From: Squalus acanthias
Lineage: Eukaryota
DNA length: 64,000 bases
Reading direction: 5' to 3'
NCBI GenBank assembly: GCA_030390025.1
Contig: CM059432.1
Location: 140,494,001 to 140,558,000, forward strand
Shown here: positions 61,656-64,000 of the stretch, piece by piece
How positions within the stretch are numbered: position 1 is the first letter of the stretch
How the letters are laid out: every line of letters starts with the position of its first letter
Program-made: the position numbers and the translations under genes
Notes under the pieces: generated by a model
The model's database searches: none
What the model was told of the DNA's origin: nothing
Seen by the model: only the letters and a program-made list of their open reading frames with translations

Positions 61656-61960
61656 TCTATTTATGAAGCCCAAGATCCCATATGCTTTGCTAACCACTCT
61701 CTCAATATGTCCTGCCATCTTCAGGGACCTATGCACATTAACTCTTTAAAACTGTGCCGTTAAGTGTATATTGCCTCTCCCTGTTCCTTGTGGATGAATG
61801 TCTAAAGTCAGAAATGCAATTGTTGCAGGCACAAAATCAATAATCACTAACCCGCTCCCAGCTCCCAACCAACCCAGTTTAGAGAGGTGTCCTACCTGCT
61901 GCACACCAAAAGATGTTTTACGTCACCCGATCATTTTCGCCTCCTCCAAGGCTCCTTCAA

Positions 61961-62970
61961 TTCACCCTGGGACCCTTATCCCCACACCACACCCCCATTC
62001 ACCCTGGGACCCTTATCCCCAGACCACACCCCCATTCACCCTGGGACCCATATCCCCACACCACACCCCCATTCACCCTGGGACCCTTATCCCCACACCA
62101 CACCCCCATTCACCCTGGGACCCTTATCCCCACACCACACCCCCATTCACCCTGGGACCCTTATCCCCAGACCACACCCCCATTCACCCTGGGACCCATA
62201 TCCCCACACCACACCCCCATTCACCCTGGGACCCTTATCCCCACACCACACCCCCATTCACCCTGGGACCCATATCCCCACACCACACCCCCATTCACCC
62301 TGGGACCCTTATCCCCACACCACACCCCCATTCACCCTGGGACCCTTATCCCCACACCACACCCCCATTCACCCTGGGACCCTTATCCCCACACCACACC
62401 CCCATTCACCCTGGGACCCTTATCCCCACACCACACCCCCATTCACCCTGGGACCCTTATCCCCACACCACACCCCCATTCACCCTGGGACCCTTATCCC
62501 CACACCACACCCCCATTCACCCTGGGACCCTTATCCCCACACCACACCCCCATTCACCCTGGGACCCTTATCCCCACACCACACCCCCATTCACCCTGGG
62601 ACCCTTATCCCCACACCACACCCCCATTCACCCTGGGACCCTTATCCCCACACCACACCCCCATTCACCCTGAGACCCTTATCCCCACACCACACACCCA
62701 TTCACCCTGGGACCCTTATCCCCACACCACACCCCCATTCACCCTGGCACTCCTCTCCCCATCCCCCATTCACCCTGGCACTCCTCTCCACCCCCCCTCC
62801 CCCCACCCCATTCACCCTGGCACTCCTCTCCCCACCCCCCATTCACCCTGGCACTCCTCTCCCCACCCCCCATTCACCCTGGCACTTCTCTCCCCACCCC
62901 CCATTCACCTTGGCATTCTTCACCCCCCTCCCCCACACCCCCACTCCCATTCACCTGGGCACTCTTCTCC
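61961..62970. repeat. 37-bp minisatellite (21 near-perfect units to 62737) grading into a shorter ~31-bp variant
   Basis: Unit TTCACCCTGGGACCCTTATCCCCACACCACACCCCCA. Confidence 0.97.
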
Positions 62971-63132
62971 CATTTCAACCTCTCCAGTTAATGCTGGCAC
63001 TATTTCCTTTCCCCATCTCTATTATTGCTGGCACTCTTTCTCCCTATTCACATTCAGTTAATGCTCTCATTCTCCTTCCTCCCCATCCCAAATGGGGTCA
63101 GTGAAGGGAAGAAATAGATGGCGTAGAAGGGT

Positions 63133-63325
63133 TAATGGATGGTAATGAAGAAGGAAGGCAATGGATGACACTGAAGAGGACATTGGATGGTAATGAAGAG
63201 GACAATGGATGGCAATGAAGAAAGCAATGGATGGCAATGAAGAAAGCAATGGATGGCAATGAAGAGGGCAATGGATGGCAATGAAGAAAGCAATGGATGG
63301 CAATGAAGAGGGCAATGGATGGCAT
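63133..63325. repeat. 22-bp minisatellite
   Basis: Unit GCAATGGATGGCAATGAAGA(AA/GG), about 8-9 copies. Confidence 0.9.
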
Positions 63326-64000
63326 TAAGTGGGACAATTGATTGGACTTCCATTAATTGCTCCTTCCCTCTGTCCTTCATTGCCATCCATTTGACTGAGA
63401 AATTTCTTCATTGTTTCTTGACATCAGATATGATTACACAGCCTGAGAAATGATGGTTCTTGGGACGTTTGCAAAACAGATGTAAGAAACAGTCAATGAA
63501 GTAACTTCTGTATATAGCAGAGCCTCAGACTTTAGCCAATACATTTATTGGTTAGATAATTTCTTAAATGGAAGAGGAGTGATGGAAAATACATTTTGTA
63601 GCCTTCAGTGCAATGACATTGGTGAACAATGGTATTTTATGGCTTTGGAACGGATTCATATCCCTTAACGTCTTGGGATAACTATTTGGACTCAACAGAA
63701 GATTTGAAATCCAGGAGAAAATCTGGCTTCCAAAAATATATATACTTAAAATGACAGCTTAAACTGAGCTCGGGAACTGAAGAGTAAATACAGCATGAAT
63801 CAGCTTCACTTTCCAAGATCCAATGTGTTGTGTATATTAAGTAAACACTTTTCCTTTGGTGAAGATGTTACAGATTTCTGTAGCTGAAGTCTTAAGGTTG
63901 ATTCGAGAAAGGATGTGTTGAAGAAACATATTTTTCAAATTGGATTTTCAAAGTATTTTGGCACAATTGTGTATGCATGATTCATACAAAACTGTGCTTC

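Larger units (their letters stand above)
60466..61790 (-). mobile_element. CR1 LINE 3' portion split by a Penelope insertion
   Basis: ORF 60552..61274 LVRPQLEYCVQFWSP...TRGH...FFTQRVV; resumes at 61656. Confidence 0.88.

Noticed and set aside
61961..62737. CRISPR-like 37-bp repeats
   Set aside because: Head-to-tail units with no unique spacers, no cas genes, vertebrate context
61798..63104. Long Pro/His-rich ORFs (291-405 aa) in three frames
   Set aside because: Artefact of a stop-free 37-bp minisatellite; the same peptide cycles through all frames

Overview
Vertebrate genomic DNA. The repeat content (DeuSINE/SacSINE1-like, HE1-type V-SINE, CR1/HER1-like and L2 LINEs, Penelope-like elements) points to a cartilaginous fish, most likely a shark. 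The only protein-coding gene I can support is a complete hyaluronan synthase 2 (HAS2) on the + strand: a putative TATA promoter and non-coding exon 1 at ~20.6-21.2 kb, coding exons 37444-38070, 42330-42431 and 44692-45621 (627+102+930 = 1659 nt, 552 aa), and a ~2.1 kb 3' UTR. Most of the rest is transposon-derived. Most notable observations: (1) two Penelope-like families carry minimal, palindrome-closed hammerhead ribozymes and have left short TSD-flanked, often inverted insertions, including a perfect 136-bp palindrome in HAS2 intron 3 centred on the ribozyme helix III; (2) a CpG-rich, minus-strand-oriented NF-kB/CCAAT/CRE-UPRE cluster in intron 1 sits where an antisense (HAS2-AS1-like) promoter would be expected; (3) the human O-GlcNAc site Ser221 is Ala here; (4) an LF-SINE-like element; (5) three-layer nested CR1s. 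Repeat family names come from recalled consensus features, not database searches, and repeat boundaries are approximate unless a TSD is given.
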